A stretch of DNA of 64,000 bases from Bacteroidales bacterium (GCA_021740045.1 JAIPAP010000003.1:4061-68060); one strand, 5' to 3'. Counted from the stretch's first letter, positions 45,963-56,288 are shown. A program made the numbers and translations. The notes: generated by a model from the letters alone, not told the origin.

Positions 45963-47075
45963 TTACCACTTATCAGGCTTTCGGAAAATATTGGAAATGG
46001 CAATCACCGGATTCAATACGATAAAAAACACCTCCAGAAACGGAGTAAGGATGAGCAAGCTCTTTTCCTGAAGCTTTTGTTGTGCTTTTCCAAAAATAAT
46101 CATCTGTGTTGCCAGACGTATCGCGAAAGCGCCTAAAACATACATCCACCAGAATTGCCAAATCAACAGCAGAACAAAACCTGCAAAGAATGCCAATTGG
46201 GATGTTGAATAAAGCCCCAGCAGCCATTTATGCTTGGCCCGGTAAAACTTACCGGTTGAAAGGTGCCGTTTCTTTTGCCTGAACCATCGCCCAAAATGAC
46301 GTTTTGGTTCCGAGATTGTTAAGCTTTCGGGATGTATGGTAATGGCCGTATTTTTCTTATCCGCCACTTGGTTGATAAATAAGTCATCATCGCCGGAGGC
46401 AACTTTGTAATGCGATACAAAACCACCGGTTTTATAAAAAAGCCCTTTTTTATAGGCCAGGTTGCGCCCAACTCCCATATAGGGCATCCCGGCCAATGCA
46501 AATGAAAGATATTGAAGCCCAATATGAAAGGTATCGAAACGGATCAGCACATTAAGCAGGCTGTTATATTTCCGGTAGGGGCTATAACCCAGATTGATCT
46601 CCTTACCTTGACTGAAATGCTTTTGCATGTGCGCAATCCACTTATTTCCGTATGGCTTACAATCGGCATCGGTGAGAAGGATGATCTCATTTTTGGCTGA
46701 TTTGATCCCAATGGAGAGGGGGAACTTCTTACCCCTGAAAAAATTAAGATCCTGATTGATCGTCACCACGTTCAAATGATCATAGCGATGATCGTATTCC
46801 TTGAGCAATTCGGCGGTTTCATCATCGGAGGCATCGTTTACCACCACTACTTCAAAATCGGGATGATCTTGCTCGAGTATGGCCCGGAGATTCTTTTTTA
46901 AGTTATGATATTCATCCTTGGCGCTGATCACCACCGAAACAGGGGTTTGCTCACCGGTTTCCTCTACCTTGCGATAAAAGGCCAATCGGCTAAACACAGC
47001 CCAATAATAGATCAGCTGTACCAACCATGTTAATCCAAACACAACCAGCACAATAAGAAATATCAATTGCATCAT
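45963..47075 (-). CDS. Family 2 glycosyltransferase, membrane-bound
   Basis: VSVVISAKDE...VVNDASDDET (GT-A DxD region), flanked by N- and C-terminal TM helices. Confidence 0.85.
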   Translation of the reverse strand: MMQLIFLIVLVVFGLTWLVQLIYYWAVFSRLAFYRKVEETGEQTPVSVVISAKDEYHNLKKNLRAILEQDHPDFEVVVVNDASDDETAELLKEYDHRYDHLNVVTINQDLNFFRGKKFPLSIGIKSAKNEIILLTDADCKPYGNKWIAHMQKHFSQGKEINLGYSPYRKYNSLLNVLIRFDTFHIGLQYLSFALAGMPYMGVGRNLAYKKGLFYKTGGFVSHYKVASGDDDLFINQVADKKNTAITIHPESLTISEPKRHFGRWFRQKKRHLSTGKFYRAKHKWLLGLYSTSQLAFFAGFVLLLIWQFWWMYVLGAFAIRLATQMIIFGKAQQKLQEKSLLILTPFLEVFFIVLNPVIAISNIFRKPDKW

Positions 47076-47195
47076 AATGTACTTGCTTACCTGGCAGCAA
47101 AAGTATTCATATCCTGAAAATAACAGCTACCTTTGAGCTTTTAAACCAAACCGAAAAAAGAAATCTTTAAAACCGGCGTTGTGTTTATCTAAATA

Positions 47196-48332
47196 ATGAT
47201 AATGGAATACACACTTGAGCACACTGAAAAACACTCAAAAGCCCGTGCCGGCTTAATTAAAACCGATCACGGCAGCATTCCCACCCCTATATTCATGCCT
47301 GTTGGCACGGCTGGAGCAGTAAAGGCGGTTCATTTCAGCGACCTGGAAAAAGACACCGATGCCCGGATTATTCTGGGAAACACTTATCATCTTTACTTAA
47401 GGCCTGGTATGGATGTGATAGAAGAAGCAGGAGGCCTGCATAGCTTTAATGGCTGGAATCGTCCCATTCTTACCGATAGCGGAGGCTACCAGGTTTTCTC
47501 CCTTTCGCCGCAACGGAAGCTAAAGGAGGAAGGAGCTCACTTTCGCTCTCATATCGATGGCTCAAAACATTTGTTCACCCCCGAGAAGATCATCGACATA
47601 CAGCGAACCATCGGGGCCGACATCATGATGGCTTTTGATGAATGCACCCCTTACCCCAGTGAATATGACTATGCCAGAGACTCGATGGAGTTAACGCATC
47701 GATGGCTGGGCCGGTGTTTCGAGCAATTTAACCGGACCGGACCCAAATACGGGCATTCCCAAGCATTATTCCCCATTGTACAGGGAAGCACTTACAAAGA
47801 GCTGCGGAAAAAATCGGCCAGGGTCATCGCTTCCTATGATGCTCCCGGAAATGCCATAGGAGGACTTTCAGTAGGAGAACCTACCGAAATAATGTATGAA
47901 ATGACCGAACTGGTATGTGGAATTTTACCGGAAGAAAAGCCCCGCTACTTAATGGGCGTTGGCACGCCTGTAAATATTCTTGAAGCCATTGCCCTGGGGG
48001 TGGATATGTTCGACTGTGTGATGCCAACCCGCAACGGCCGCAACGGGATGTTGTTTACTTCCGAAGGTATTATGAACATGCGGAATGAGAAGTGGAAACA
48101 CAATTTTTCGGTTATCGATGCAAACGGGCCCTCAGTGGTTGATAAAAGGTATACCAAGGCCTACCTTCGTCACCTGTTCACCGCAAACGAAATGCTGGCC
48201 GCCATGATCGCCAGCATGCATAACCTGGCATTTTACCTCTGGTTGGTAAAAGAAGCCCGGAAACAGATAATGGATAACAACTTTTCATCATGGAAAACAC
48301 AAATGGTAAAAAAACTCTCGGTACGCCTGTAA
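47196..48332 (+). CDS. tgt: Queuine tRNA-ribosyltransferase
   Basis: TPIFMPVGT, LTDSGGYQVFS and MAFDEC motifs. Confidence 0.95.
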   Translation: MIMEYTLEHTEKHSKARAGLIKTDHGSIPTPIFMPVGTAGAVKAVHFSDLEKDTDARIILGNTYHLYLRPGMDVIEEAGGLHSFNGWNRPILTDSGGYQVFSLSPQRKLKEEGAHFRSHIDGSKHLFTPEKIIDIQRTIGADIMMAFDECTPYPSEYDYARDSMELTHRWLGRCFEQFNRTGPKYGHSQALFPIVQGSTYKELRKKSARVIASYDAPGNAIGGLSVGEPTEIMYEMTELVCGILPEEKPRYLMGVGTPVNILEAIALGVDMFDCVMPTRNGRNGMLFTSEGIMNMRNEKWKHNFSVIDANGPSVVDKRYTKAYLRHLFTANEMLAAMIASMHNLAFYLWLVKEARKQIMDNNFSSWKTQMVKKLSVRL

Positions 48333-48382
48333 AATAAAACTCACTTGGAAATCATTATTTTTGCAGCCATCTTTTAACTGAA

Positions 48383-49480
48383 ATGCAGGGAACTAGAATA
48401 GTTAAAATACTCGACATATACATTATCAAGCGTTTTTTGGGAACGTTCTTTTACGCCATTGCGCTGCTCTCCATCGTGGTGATCATTTTCGATATATCCG
48501 AAAAGATCGATGAATTCCTCGAACCCAGCGGGCCCTCTTTGCAACAGATCATTTTTGATTATTACCTGAATTTCCTTCCGTACTTTGTTAACCTCTTCAG
48601 TTCCCTGTTTACATTTATCACCGTTATTTTCTTTACCTCTAAAATGGCAGGTGATACCGAGATTATTGCCATTTTGAACAGCGGTATCAGCTTTCGCCGT
48701 TTTCTCAGACCATTTTTGGTTTCGGCCATTATACTCAGCTTTATGTCATTTTACCTCAGTAACTTTCTAATCCCGGAAACCAATAAGCAACTCACGGCAT
48801 TTGAATTGAAATATATTAAAGACCCCATCAGGAAGCGTGATATGAACGTTCACCTGCAAATAGGTCCACAGACCTATGTTTATGTTGAGAATTTCAACAT
48901 CAACCGTGACCTCGGAAACAAGTTTTCATTGGAACATATTACCGATAAAGGACTAACCTACAAACTTACCTCCGATTACATTAAATGGGACAGTGTGTCG
49001 CAACAATGGACCATACACAATTATCACATTCGTAAGATCGATGGATTTGAGGAAAAGATCATCAAAGGCAACAAACTGGATACCACACTCAACCTTAGGC
49101 CCGCCGACTTTGTGATCTATCTTGATAACATGAAAACCATGGGTTTCTGGAAGCTACGGGAGTACATTGAAGAAAAGAAGATGCGCGGGGCGCAGGAAGT
49201 AATCGAATATGAGGTGGAAAAGCACAAGCGTATTGCCTTTCCGTTTTCAACCATTATTCTGACTTTGATCGGTGTGTCGCTTTCGAGTCGCAAAGTAAGA
49301 GGGGGTATTGGTGTTAACCTGGGTATAGGCGTTACACTTGCATTCTCATACATCTTGTTTATGCAAGTATCGACGGTATTTGCCACTTATGGTGATCTAC
49401 CCCCGCTTATCGCCGTTTGGATACCAAACCTGGCTTACGCTGTCATTTCCATATTCCTGCTTAAAAAAGCCCCGAAATAA
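48383..49480 (+). CDS. LptF/LptG (YjgP/YjgQ) family permease
   Basis: 365 aa. N-terminal ILDIYIIKRFLGTFF, 6 TM helices and a central periplasmic domain. Confidence 0.85.
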   Translation: MQGTRIVKILDIYIIKRFLGTFFYAIALLSIVVIIFDISEKIDEFLEPSGPSLQQIIFDYYLNFLPYFVNLFSSLFTFITVIFFTSKMAGDTEIIAILNSGISFRRFLRPFLVSAIILSFMSFYLSNFLIPETNKQLTAFELKYIKDPIRKRDMNVHLQIGPQTYVYVENFNINRDLGNKFSLEHITDKGLTYKLTSDYIKWDSVSQQWTIHNYHIRKIDGFEEKIIKGNKLDTTLNLRPADFVIYLDNMKTMGFWKLREYIEEKKMRGAQEVIEYEVEKHKRIAFPFSTIILTLIGVSLSSRKVRGGIGVNLGIGVTLAFSYILFMQVSTVFATYGDLPPLIAVWIPNLAYAVISIFLLKKAPK

Positions 49481-49482
49481 GC

Positions 49483-50295
49483 TTATAACTTAGCTTGCCA
49501 CACAAAATTCCCTGGAAATTTCCGTTTCAGCTTTACATTACGGTCAAAGATGCCGTATACCGCCGATCCGCTTCCGCTCATGGCCGCATAAACAGCTCCC
49601 AAGTCATAAAACCTTTCTTTGATCTTTCGAATGGCAGGATATTTATGAAAGATAGGCTGTTCAAAATCATTTACAATGACACTTCTCCATGTTCGAATAT
49701 CTTTGTTGATCAGGGCGGGTAACGCTCCTTCAGGCAGTTTTGGCGTAATACCGGCATATGCCTCCGCTGTACGCACATTAAACGCCGGTTTAACAATGGC
49801 AACAAAAAATCCTTTAAGTGAATCCATCTTTATGGTCGATAATTGAGTTCCTGTACCTGTAACCAATGTGGGCTGATTGGAAATGAAAAACGGGCAATCG
49901 GAACCGAGCATTGCTGCATATTGCTCAAGCGCCGTTTTTTCTAGTTTTAGATCAAAAATTGCGTTTAACATTTTGAGGGCATAGGCGCCATCGGAAGATC
50001 CTCCCCCTAAGCCGGCACCTATGGGAATATGCTTATGCAGATGAATCTTTACCGGCGAAATGCCGAAATCCTCATGAAACAATTGCCAAGCCTTGAAGCA
50101 GAGATTATCTTCCTGCTTCCCATGAACCGGAACACCACTTAACAATAGATTCACCTTTTTTCCACCAGGCACAATTTCCAAAACATCCGTTAACCCTAAG
50201 GGATACAGAATACTCTCTATTTCATGATAACCGGAAGGCAATTTTCGGATTACCCGTAATCCAATATTGATCTTGGCATTTGGAAAACTGATCAT
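49483..50295 (-). CDS. ispE: 4-(cytidine 5'-diphospho)-2-C-methyl-D-erythritol kinase
   Basis: AKINIGLRV start and GHMP kinase motif PIGAGLGGGSSDGA. Confidence 0.9.
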   Translation of the reverse strand: MISFPNAKINIGLRVIRKLPSGYHEIESILYPLGLTDVLEIVPGGKKVNLLLSGVPVHGKQEDNLCFKAWQLFHEDFGISPVKIHLHKHIPIGAGLGGGSSDGAYALKMLNAIFDLKLEKTALEQYAAMLGSDCPFFISNQPTLVTGTGTQLSTIKMDSLKGFFVAIVKPAFNVRTAEAYAGITPKLPEGALPALINKDIRTWRSVIVNDFEQPIFHKYPAIRKIKERFYDLGAVYAAMSGSGSAVYGIFDRNVKLKRKFPGNFVWQAKL

Positions 50296-50476
50296 GCTGT
50301 AAAGATACAGATTGTAGGCTCACCTGCAATATTTGGCCTTTAAAAAACGTAATTCAATACGAAGAAATCGGGTTTTGTAAATGCTACAAATCATATAAAT
50401 TTACTGCCGTATTTCGCTATAGGAAACAAATAAACGCCTATTGGGTTTAATTGAGGATAAAACAGGATAAAAGACC

Positions 50477-52000
50477 ATGCCATTAATTAGTTCTGTCGTT
50501 TCGTGGTTGATGAAGAAGCGGATGCACCAGATCGACTTGTTCATTAAGTATCCGCATGAAGTACAATCGGAATTGTTTCGTAAGCTTATAACCTCGGCCA
50601 AAAACACCGAATGGGGAAAGAAATACGATTATCATTCCATAAAATCAATTGATCAATACAAGGCACGGGTTCCCATTAACGAATATGAAGACCTGAAGCC
50701 ATATATTGACCGGGTTCGTAAGGGTGAGCAACAGATCTTGTGGAACTCCGATATCAGATGGTTTGCCAAATCATCGGGGACTACCAGCGACCGAAGCAAA
50801 TTCATCCCCGTAAGCCCCGAAGCCCTTGAAGAATGTCATTATAAAGGTGGCAAAGACATGCTTTCATTGTATTGCAACAACAATCCCGAAACCGGCATTT
50901 TCGACGGTAAAGCTCTCGCGTTAGGCGGAAGCCATAACTATCCCAGTAAAGATGCCATCAGCTATCACGGTGATGTCTCGGCCATCTTGATGGAAAACCT
51001 GCCGTTTTGGGTACAGCTTATCCGAACCCCCGAGCGATCGGTGGCATTAATGAATGAATGGGAAAGCAAGATTGAGCGTATTGCAAAGATCACCAGTGTT
51101 GAAAATGTTACTAACATTTCGGGAGTCCCTTCCTGGAGCCTGCTACTGTTGAAGCGAATCCTGGAGATCACCGGGAAAGAAAATATACAGGAGGTGTGGC
51201 CCAAATTTGAATTGTTTGTACATGGTGGTGTTAATTTTGCCCCCTATCGCAATCAATTTGCCAAGATCGCTCCACCCGATATAAAGTATCTTCAAACCTA
51301 TAATGCATCCGAAGGCTTCTTTGGCATACAAGACCGCAATGATGCCGATGATATGCTCCTGATGCTCGACTATGGCATCTATTATGAATTCCTGCCCCTG
51401 GATCAACTGGAAGAAGACCAGCCACAAACGTTAAACCTCGACCAGGTGGAAACCGGGAAGAACTATGCACTGGTAATTTCGACCAATGCCGGGTTGTGGC
51501 GTTATAAAATAGGTGACACCATACGGTTTACATCTCTCAATCCCTACCGCATACAAGTAAGCGGCCGTACAAGGCACTTTATCAATGCCTTTGGCGAAGA
51601 ATTGATTATTGATAATGCCGAAAGAGCCATTTTTATTGCTTCACAAAAATCGGGAGCTGTTGTGAATGAGTACACCGCCGCCCCCGTGTATTTTGATGAT
51701 GAAGGCAATGCCAGCCATGAATGGCTTATCGAATTCGAAAAAAAACCGGAAAATGGCAGCTATTTTGTTGAGGTGCTCGACAATGCACTTAAATCCATCA
51801 ATTCCGATTACGAGGCTAAACGTTACCGCGACATGATCCTTTCCAAACCTATTGTAAGGCAAATGCCTGGCAAAACATTTTATCAGTGGCTCAAGGCAAA
51901 AGGCAAACTGGGAGGGCAAAACAAGGTTCCCCGCCTGTCGAATAACCGCAAATACCTGGAAGAAATTCTGGAATTAACCCGGCCCGAAGTAACTTATTAG
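50477..52000 (+). CDS. GH3 auxin-responsive-promoter family protein (acyl-adenylate-forming fold)
   Basis: 507 aa with SSGTTSDRSKFIPV. Overall a Bacteroidota GH3-family sequence. Confidence 0.85.
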   Translation: MPLISSVVSWLMKKRMHQIDLFIKYPHEVQSELFRKLITSAKNTEWGKKYDYHSIKSIDQYKARVPINEYEDLKPYIDRVRKGEQQILWNSDIRWFAKSSGTTSDRSKFIPVSPEALEECHYKGGKDMLSLYCNNNPETGIFDGKALALGGSHNYPSKDAISYHGDVSAILMENLPFWVQLIRTPERSVALMNEWESKIERIAKITSVENVTNISGVPSWSLLLLKRILEITGKENIQEVWPKFELFVHGGVNFAPYRNQFAKIAPPDIKYLQTYNASEGFFGIQDRNDADDMLLMLDYGIYYEFLPLDQLEEDQPQTLNLDQVETGKNYALVISTNAGLWRYKIGDTIRFTSLNPYRIQVSGRTRHFINAFGEELIIDNAERAIFIASQKSGAVVNEYTAAPVYFDDEGNASHEWLIEFEKKPENGSYFVEVLDNALKSINSDYEAKRYRDMILSKPIVRQMPGKTFYQWLKAKGKLGGQNKVPRLSNNRKYLEEILELTRPEVTY

Positions 52001-52028
52001 TTATTTTTGGAACACCAAATCATGTAAT

Positions 52029-52649
52029 ATGGCAATGCACATCGCAATAGCAGGAAATATCGGCTCGGGTAAAACCACTCTTACCGGCTTACTGGCTAAG
52101 CATTTTGGCTGGGAGCCTCATTACGAAGATGTTGATTCAAATCCTTACCTGGCCAGCTTTTATGAAGACATGCAACGCTGGTCATTTAACTTGCAGATTT
52201 ATTTTCTCAATAGCAGGTTCCGGCAAATTGTAGAGCTGCGGAAAAAGAAGAAAACAGTCATCCAGGACCGTACCATTTATGAGGATGCCTATATCTTCGC
52301 ACCTAACCTGCATGCCATGAACCTGATGAGCACCCGTGATTTCGAAAATTACAGCTCATTATTTGAGTTGATGAACTCTTTTATCCAATCACCCGACCTG
52401 TTGGTCTACCTCAGGGCCAGCGTTCCCACCCTGGTGAATCAAATCCAAAAGCGTGGACGCGAATACGAAAACTCCATCCGACTCGATTACCTGAAAAGCC
52501 TGAACGAACGCTACGAAAAGTGGATCAAATCATACAAGGACGGTAAACTATTGATTGTTGATGTAGATAATATCAGTTTTACTGATAATCCCGAAGACCT
52601 TGGTAACATCATCGAGCGCATCAATGCCGAGTTGCATGGCCTTTTTTAA
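52029..52649 (+). CDS. Deoxynucleoside kinase
   Basis: P-loop GNIGSGKTT and DRTIYED motifs. 206 aa. Confidence 0.85.
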   Translation: MAMHIAIAGNIGSGKTTLTGLLAKHFGWEPHYEDVDSNPYLASFYEDMQRWSFNLQIYFLNSRFRQIVELRKKKKTVIQDRTIYEDAYIFAPNLHAMNLMSTRDFENYSSLFELMNSFIQSPDLLVYLRASVPTLVNQIQKRGREYENSIRLDYLKSLNERYEKWIKSYKDGKLLIVDVDNISFTDNPEDLGNIIERINAELHGLF

Positions 52650-52654
52650 CTCAT

Positions 52655-53404
52655 ATGGAGAATAACCTCAAATACATCGGCATTATTCCGGCACGATATG
52701 GTTCAACCCGTTTTCCGGGAAAACCGCTAGCTCTTATAAACGGGAAATCAATGATCAAAAGGGTTTATGAACAGGCTTCCAAAGCTTCCGTTCTTTCAAA
52801 GGTTTTGGTAGCTACCGATGATGAACGCATTGCCAGCCATGTAAAATCTTTCGACGGAAACTGGGTAATCACATCCGATGATCATGATAGCGGCACGGAG
52901 CGTTGCTGCGAGGCTATGATCAAAGAATGGGGCCAGGCAGCAACCGGTTTCGTTGTGATCAACATACAAGGGGATGAACCTTACCTTCGACCTCAGCAAA
53001 TTAATGAGCTGGCCGGCTGTTTTAATGATCCCAAAGTGGACATTGCCACCTTAATAAAACCTGTTAAAAAGCCTGAAACCCTGGTTAACCCCAACCATGT
53101 AAAGGTGGTGATCGATAGTAACGGATTTGCCATTTATTTCAGCCGGGCCGCCATACCTTATTTAAGAAATAAAACTGACCACAATTTATGGCCTAAGGAA
53201 CATATCTATTACAAACATCTTGGCATCTATGCCTACCGGGCTGATGTACTCGAACGTATTGTGAAACTCCCGCAGGGTAAACTGGAGCAAGCCGAATCAT
53301 TGGAACAATTGCGCTGGCTGGAAAACGGCTACCGCATTAAAACCAAAGTCACTGATTTTGAAAGTATTTCCATCGACACGCCGGAAGATTTGAAGAATCT
53401 TTAG
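52655..53404 (+). CDS. kdsB: 3-deoxy-manno-octulosonate cytidylyltransferase
   Basis: IIPARYGSTRFPGKPL and IQGDEP motifs. Confidence 0.95.
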   Translation: MENNLKYIGIIPARYGSTRFPGKPLALINGKSMIKRVYEQASKASVLSKVLVATDDERIASHVKSFDGNWVITSDDHDSGTERCCEAMIKEWGQAATGFVVINIQGDEPYLRPQQINELAGCFNDPKVDIATLIKPVKKPETLVNPNHVKVVIDSNGFAIYFSRAAIPYLRNKTDHNLWPKEHIYYKHLGIYAYRADVLERIVKLPQGKLEQAESLEQLRWLENGYRIKTKVTDFESISIDTPEDLKNL

Positions 53405-53412
53405 TAACTTAG

Positions 53413-53582
53413 ACCTAAGTTGAGCGATTTGAATGCAGTGAAAAATCGCTTTACTTAGGTATAATCCCGTCCCGAAGGTTTTCGGGATAGAAATTGTTGC
53501 TTTTCATCGAATGGGTGAGGTGAAAAGCTTACAATTTCTTGATCCCCGATGTTTCGGGGCAGGCCGTGAGCGAGAATCGCTC
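53413..53582. repeat. Cluster of five stem-loops in a 500-bp intergenic region
   Basis: Five stem-loops were read directly. (1) ACCTAAGT/AGCGATTT...AAATCGCT/ACTTAGGT at 53413-53460. (2) TCCCGAA-GGTT-TTCGGGA at 53470-53487. (3) AGAAATTGT..GCTTTTCA...TGAAAAGC..ACAATTTCT at 53489-53539. (4) CCCCGA-TGTT-TCGGGG at 53544-53559. (5) GAGCGA-GAA-TCGCTC at 53568-53582. Confidence 0.8.
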
Positions 53583-53671
53583 AATTTGGGTTAGTGATAA
53601 GCGTTTAGCGAGAGAATCTCAACTACACAAACGCCAAAATGCACGCTCCACTCACTTTACATTGCTTTGTG

Positions 53672-53817
53672 CATCACTCCATACCCCATGCTCCATTCAA
53701 TCACTCCTTTTGCTCTATGTCTTTGCTAACCCCCGCCAGGTTTTGGAACCGCTGGCAGGATAGCCACTCCATGCTCCATTCTCCATGCTCCATGCAATCA
53801 CTCCTCTCCAATCATAC
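53672..53817. repeat. Degenerate heptamer tract (CCATGCT/CCATTCT, the same family as 5469-5559), as two direct-repeat blocks
   Basis: ATCACTCCATACCCCATGCTCCATTCAATCACTCC and CCACTCCATGCTCCATTCTCCATGCTCCATGCAATCACTCC flank the imperfect hairpin CCGCCAG...CTGGCAGG. Confidence 0.7.
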
Positions 53818-53901
53818 CCACAATCTTTTCCAACCCTGTTGGATTTTATGACCAAACGTCGTATCTTAGCAGATTGAAAATTTAATGACACCTTTTGATT
53901 A

Positions 53902-54942
53902 ATGACCATTGAACAACACATAAGCGTATTACTCCATAAAACCGAATGCGTTATTATTCCTGGTTTCGGGGGCTTGATCACCAATTATCAGCCGGCCCGT
54001 ATCAGCAAGGTTCAGCATTCTTTTTATCCACCCACAAAAAATGTGGTGTTCAATTCCAATTTGAAAAATAATGACGGCCTCTTAGCCAATTACATTGCCG
54101 ATGTGGAAAACATCAGCTATATGCAGGCCATTGATCAAATAAACCATTTTGCCAATACCATGATCGCTCAGCTTAGAGAAGGAAAAATGGTGGTTTTGGA
54201 AAACATTGGCAATTTCACCCAGAACAATGAAGGGGAAATACGCTTTGAACCGGATAAGGAAATTAATTTCTATGAAGAATCCTATGGTCTTCCTACCATA
54301 GTTTCACCTCCTATCAAGCGGATGGGCAAGCAAAAACGAATAGAACGTAAACTGCTTGGGCGTGAGGATGAAATCCATTCCATCAATCGAAAACGGATAA
54401 GATGGGCGGCAGCCATTACCATTCCTGTAGCCGCAATGGTAGCCTGGGCACTTATTTCGGATATAACCGTAAAGGATATCAAGGTACAGAGTTCGAAACT
54501 GGTACCCGATATCCTGAAAACCCAAAAAGACCTGGAAAAGCAAAAGCAACCGGGACAATCTTCTCCTAAGACTTTCGATATGGGCAAGGATATATCCTCC
54601 ACTGATCAATTGGACAGCAAACCTGTTGAAAAACCGGAACCAGCCACCAAACCCGAAACCAAAGCAAACGAAGACCCCGTTAATACACCTCCGGCAATGG
54701 AACGCCAAGAGGAGTTGCCACAGTATCATATCATAGCCGGTTCATTTTCTCATAAGGAAAATGCCGAACAGTTTGCCGACCGCTTGTTTTCGGAAGGATA
54801 TAGTGTAAAGGTTATTGAAAATGAAAACAAAGGCTTATTCAGAGTAAGTATGGTTGCTACCGATGAAAAGAAAGAGGCCCTTGAAGTGCTCTTAGCCATC
54901 AGGAACAATAATCATCCCAATGCCTGGTTACTAAAACAATAG
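53902..54942 (+). CDS. SPOR domain protein with an N-terminal HU-like (CCDC81-type) domain
   Basis: N-terminus LLHKTECVIIPGFGGLITNYQPA, a central TM helix, and a C-terminal SPOR-like YHIIAGSFSHKENAEQFADRL...FRVSMV. Confidence 0.8.
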   Translation: MTIEQHISVLLHKTECVIIPGFGGLITNYQPARISKVQHSFYPPTKNVVFNSNLKNNDGLLANYIADVENISYMQAIDQINHFANTMIAQLREGKMVVLENIGNFTQNNEGEIRFEPDKEINFYEESYGLPTIVSPPIKRMGKQKRIERKLLGREDEIHSINRKRIRWAAAITIPVAAMVAWALISDITVKDIKVQSSKLVPDILKTQKDLEKQKQPGQSSPKTFDMGKDISSTDQLDSKPVEKPEPATKPETKANEDPVNTPPAMERQEELPQYHIIAGSFSHKENAEQFADRLFSEGYSVKVIENENKGLFRVSMVATDEKKEALEVLLAIRNNNHPNAWLLKQ

Positions 54943-54965
54943 ATTACTTTTTAGGAGGAAGCGTT

Positions 54966-55646
54966 GTGACGAAACGTAAGCTGGAACGATTCGCCGAGAA
55001 TAAAACATTTACCCATTTTTTCGAACCGTCCTTTCACGAAATCCTAAAGGGTTTTAAGCTTAAAGGACGCTGGAACCAGGACTTTTTTAAAAGTGACCGG
55101 CCAATAGTGCTGGAACTGGGGTGTGGCAAGGGTGAATATACCGTAAATTTGGCCCGTAATTATCCGCATAAGAATTTTATCGGCATCGATATTAAAGGAG
55201 CGCGCATGTGGCGAGGAGGTAAAACATCAAAGGAAGAAGGCCTGCCGAATGTAGCTTTCCTACGAACCCGTATTGAATTGATCGAATATGCCTTTGCCCA
55301 TCAAGAAGTCAGTGAGATCTGGATCACTTTTCCCGATCCCCAACCCAAAAAACCCCGTAAAAGGCTCACTTCCCCGCAATTTTTGGAACGCTATAAAAAA
55401 ATCCTGAAAGAAGAAAACACTATTCACCTAAAAACCGACAACACCCTCTTATACAAATACACCCTCGACGTTCTTAAGGAGCTTAATATTACACCGTTAG
55501 TCCACTCCTCAAACTTGTATCATTCAGGTATCAATACCGATGTGATTACTATTCAAACATATTATGAGGCTTTGTGGTTGGCGGAGGGTAAAAATATTAA
55601 GTATATTCGTTTCGCTTTACCTATAGATGAAACCAATGACCACTAA
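54966..55646 (+). CDS. trmB: tRNA (guanine46-N7)-methyltransferase
   Basis: LELGCGKGEY, FPDPQPKK and typical TrmB length. GTG start. Confidence 0.9.
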   Translation: MTKRKLERFAENKTFTHFFEPSFHEILKGFKLKGRWNQDFFKSDRPIVLELGCGKGEYTVNLARNYPHKNFIGIDIKGARMWRGGKTSKEEGLPNVAFLRTRIELIEYAFAHQEVSEIWITFPDPQPKKPRKRLTSPQFLERYKKILKEENTIHLKTDNTLLYKYTLDVLKELNITPLVHSSNLYHSGINTDVITIQTYYEALWLAEGKNIKYIRFALPIDETNDH

Positions 55647-56007
55647 ACCAAAAACTGCTCTTATGCGGAACGAATCGTTCTTTTACAAAGTGTATGATGT
55701 TGTAAGCGAGATCCCCTACGGGAAAGTAACTTCATATGGGGCCATAGCCAACTTCCTGGGCACCAAACGTTCGGCCAGGATGGTAGGCTGGGCTCTTAAT
55801 CAAACCAAAACCCAGCTCGAGTCCATTCCGGCCCACCGCGTTGTAAACCGAAACGGGATGCTCACCGGAAAACAACACTTTGGTGCAAATGATCTAATGC
55901 GTCAACTGCTCGAAAGCGAAGGAGCCATTATTGTCAATGATAAGATCATTAATTTCGATGAGATGTTCTGGGACCCGGCGCGCGAGCTTAGCTTTGAGCC
56001 TAAGTGA
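55627..56007 (+). CDS. MGMT-family DNA-binding protein lacking the acceptor cysteine (alkyltransferase-like, ATL)
   Basis: YGKVTSYGAIA...IPAHRVVNRNG has PAHRV where active alkyltransferases have PCHRV. The start may be at 55636 or 55663. Confidence 0.8.
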   Translation: MKPMTTKPKTALMRNESFFYKVYDVVSEIPYGKVTSYGAIANFLGTKRSARMVGWALNQTKTQLESIPAHRVVNRNGMLTGKQHFGANDLMRQLLESEGAIIVNDKIINFDEMFWDPARELSFEPK

Positions 56008-56288
56008 CCGAAGGAAAGAAGCGATAGATTATTTATAACTCAATCACCTGAGAAGAATGACTGAACATAAGAAGATAGTGGTATGTTGTCATTCATTCAT
56101 TCATTCATCCAATCCAATACTTCCTGAAACACGTGCTTCCAGAAGTGAATCCCATATATCAGGCCTGATCGGGAAACACCTTATTTTAGAAGATATTTAG
56201 AACAATATTCAAAATAAGCACCGTTATGAATTTATATCTTTTATATATCTTTACCGATTCTAAATAAGGAGGAAAAGTACATAAGACT

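Noticed and set aside
56090-56118. (CATT)4.75 microsatellite followed by CCAATCCAAT upstream of apbC
   Set aside because: It is real but very short and lies in an otherwise ordinary intergenic region. It is noted only as another member of the short-tandem-repeat tendency of this genome.
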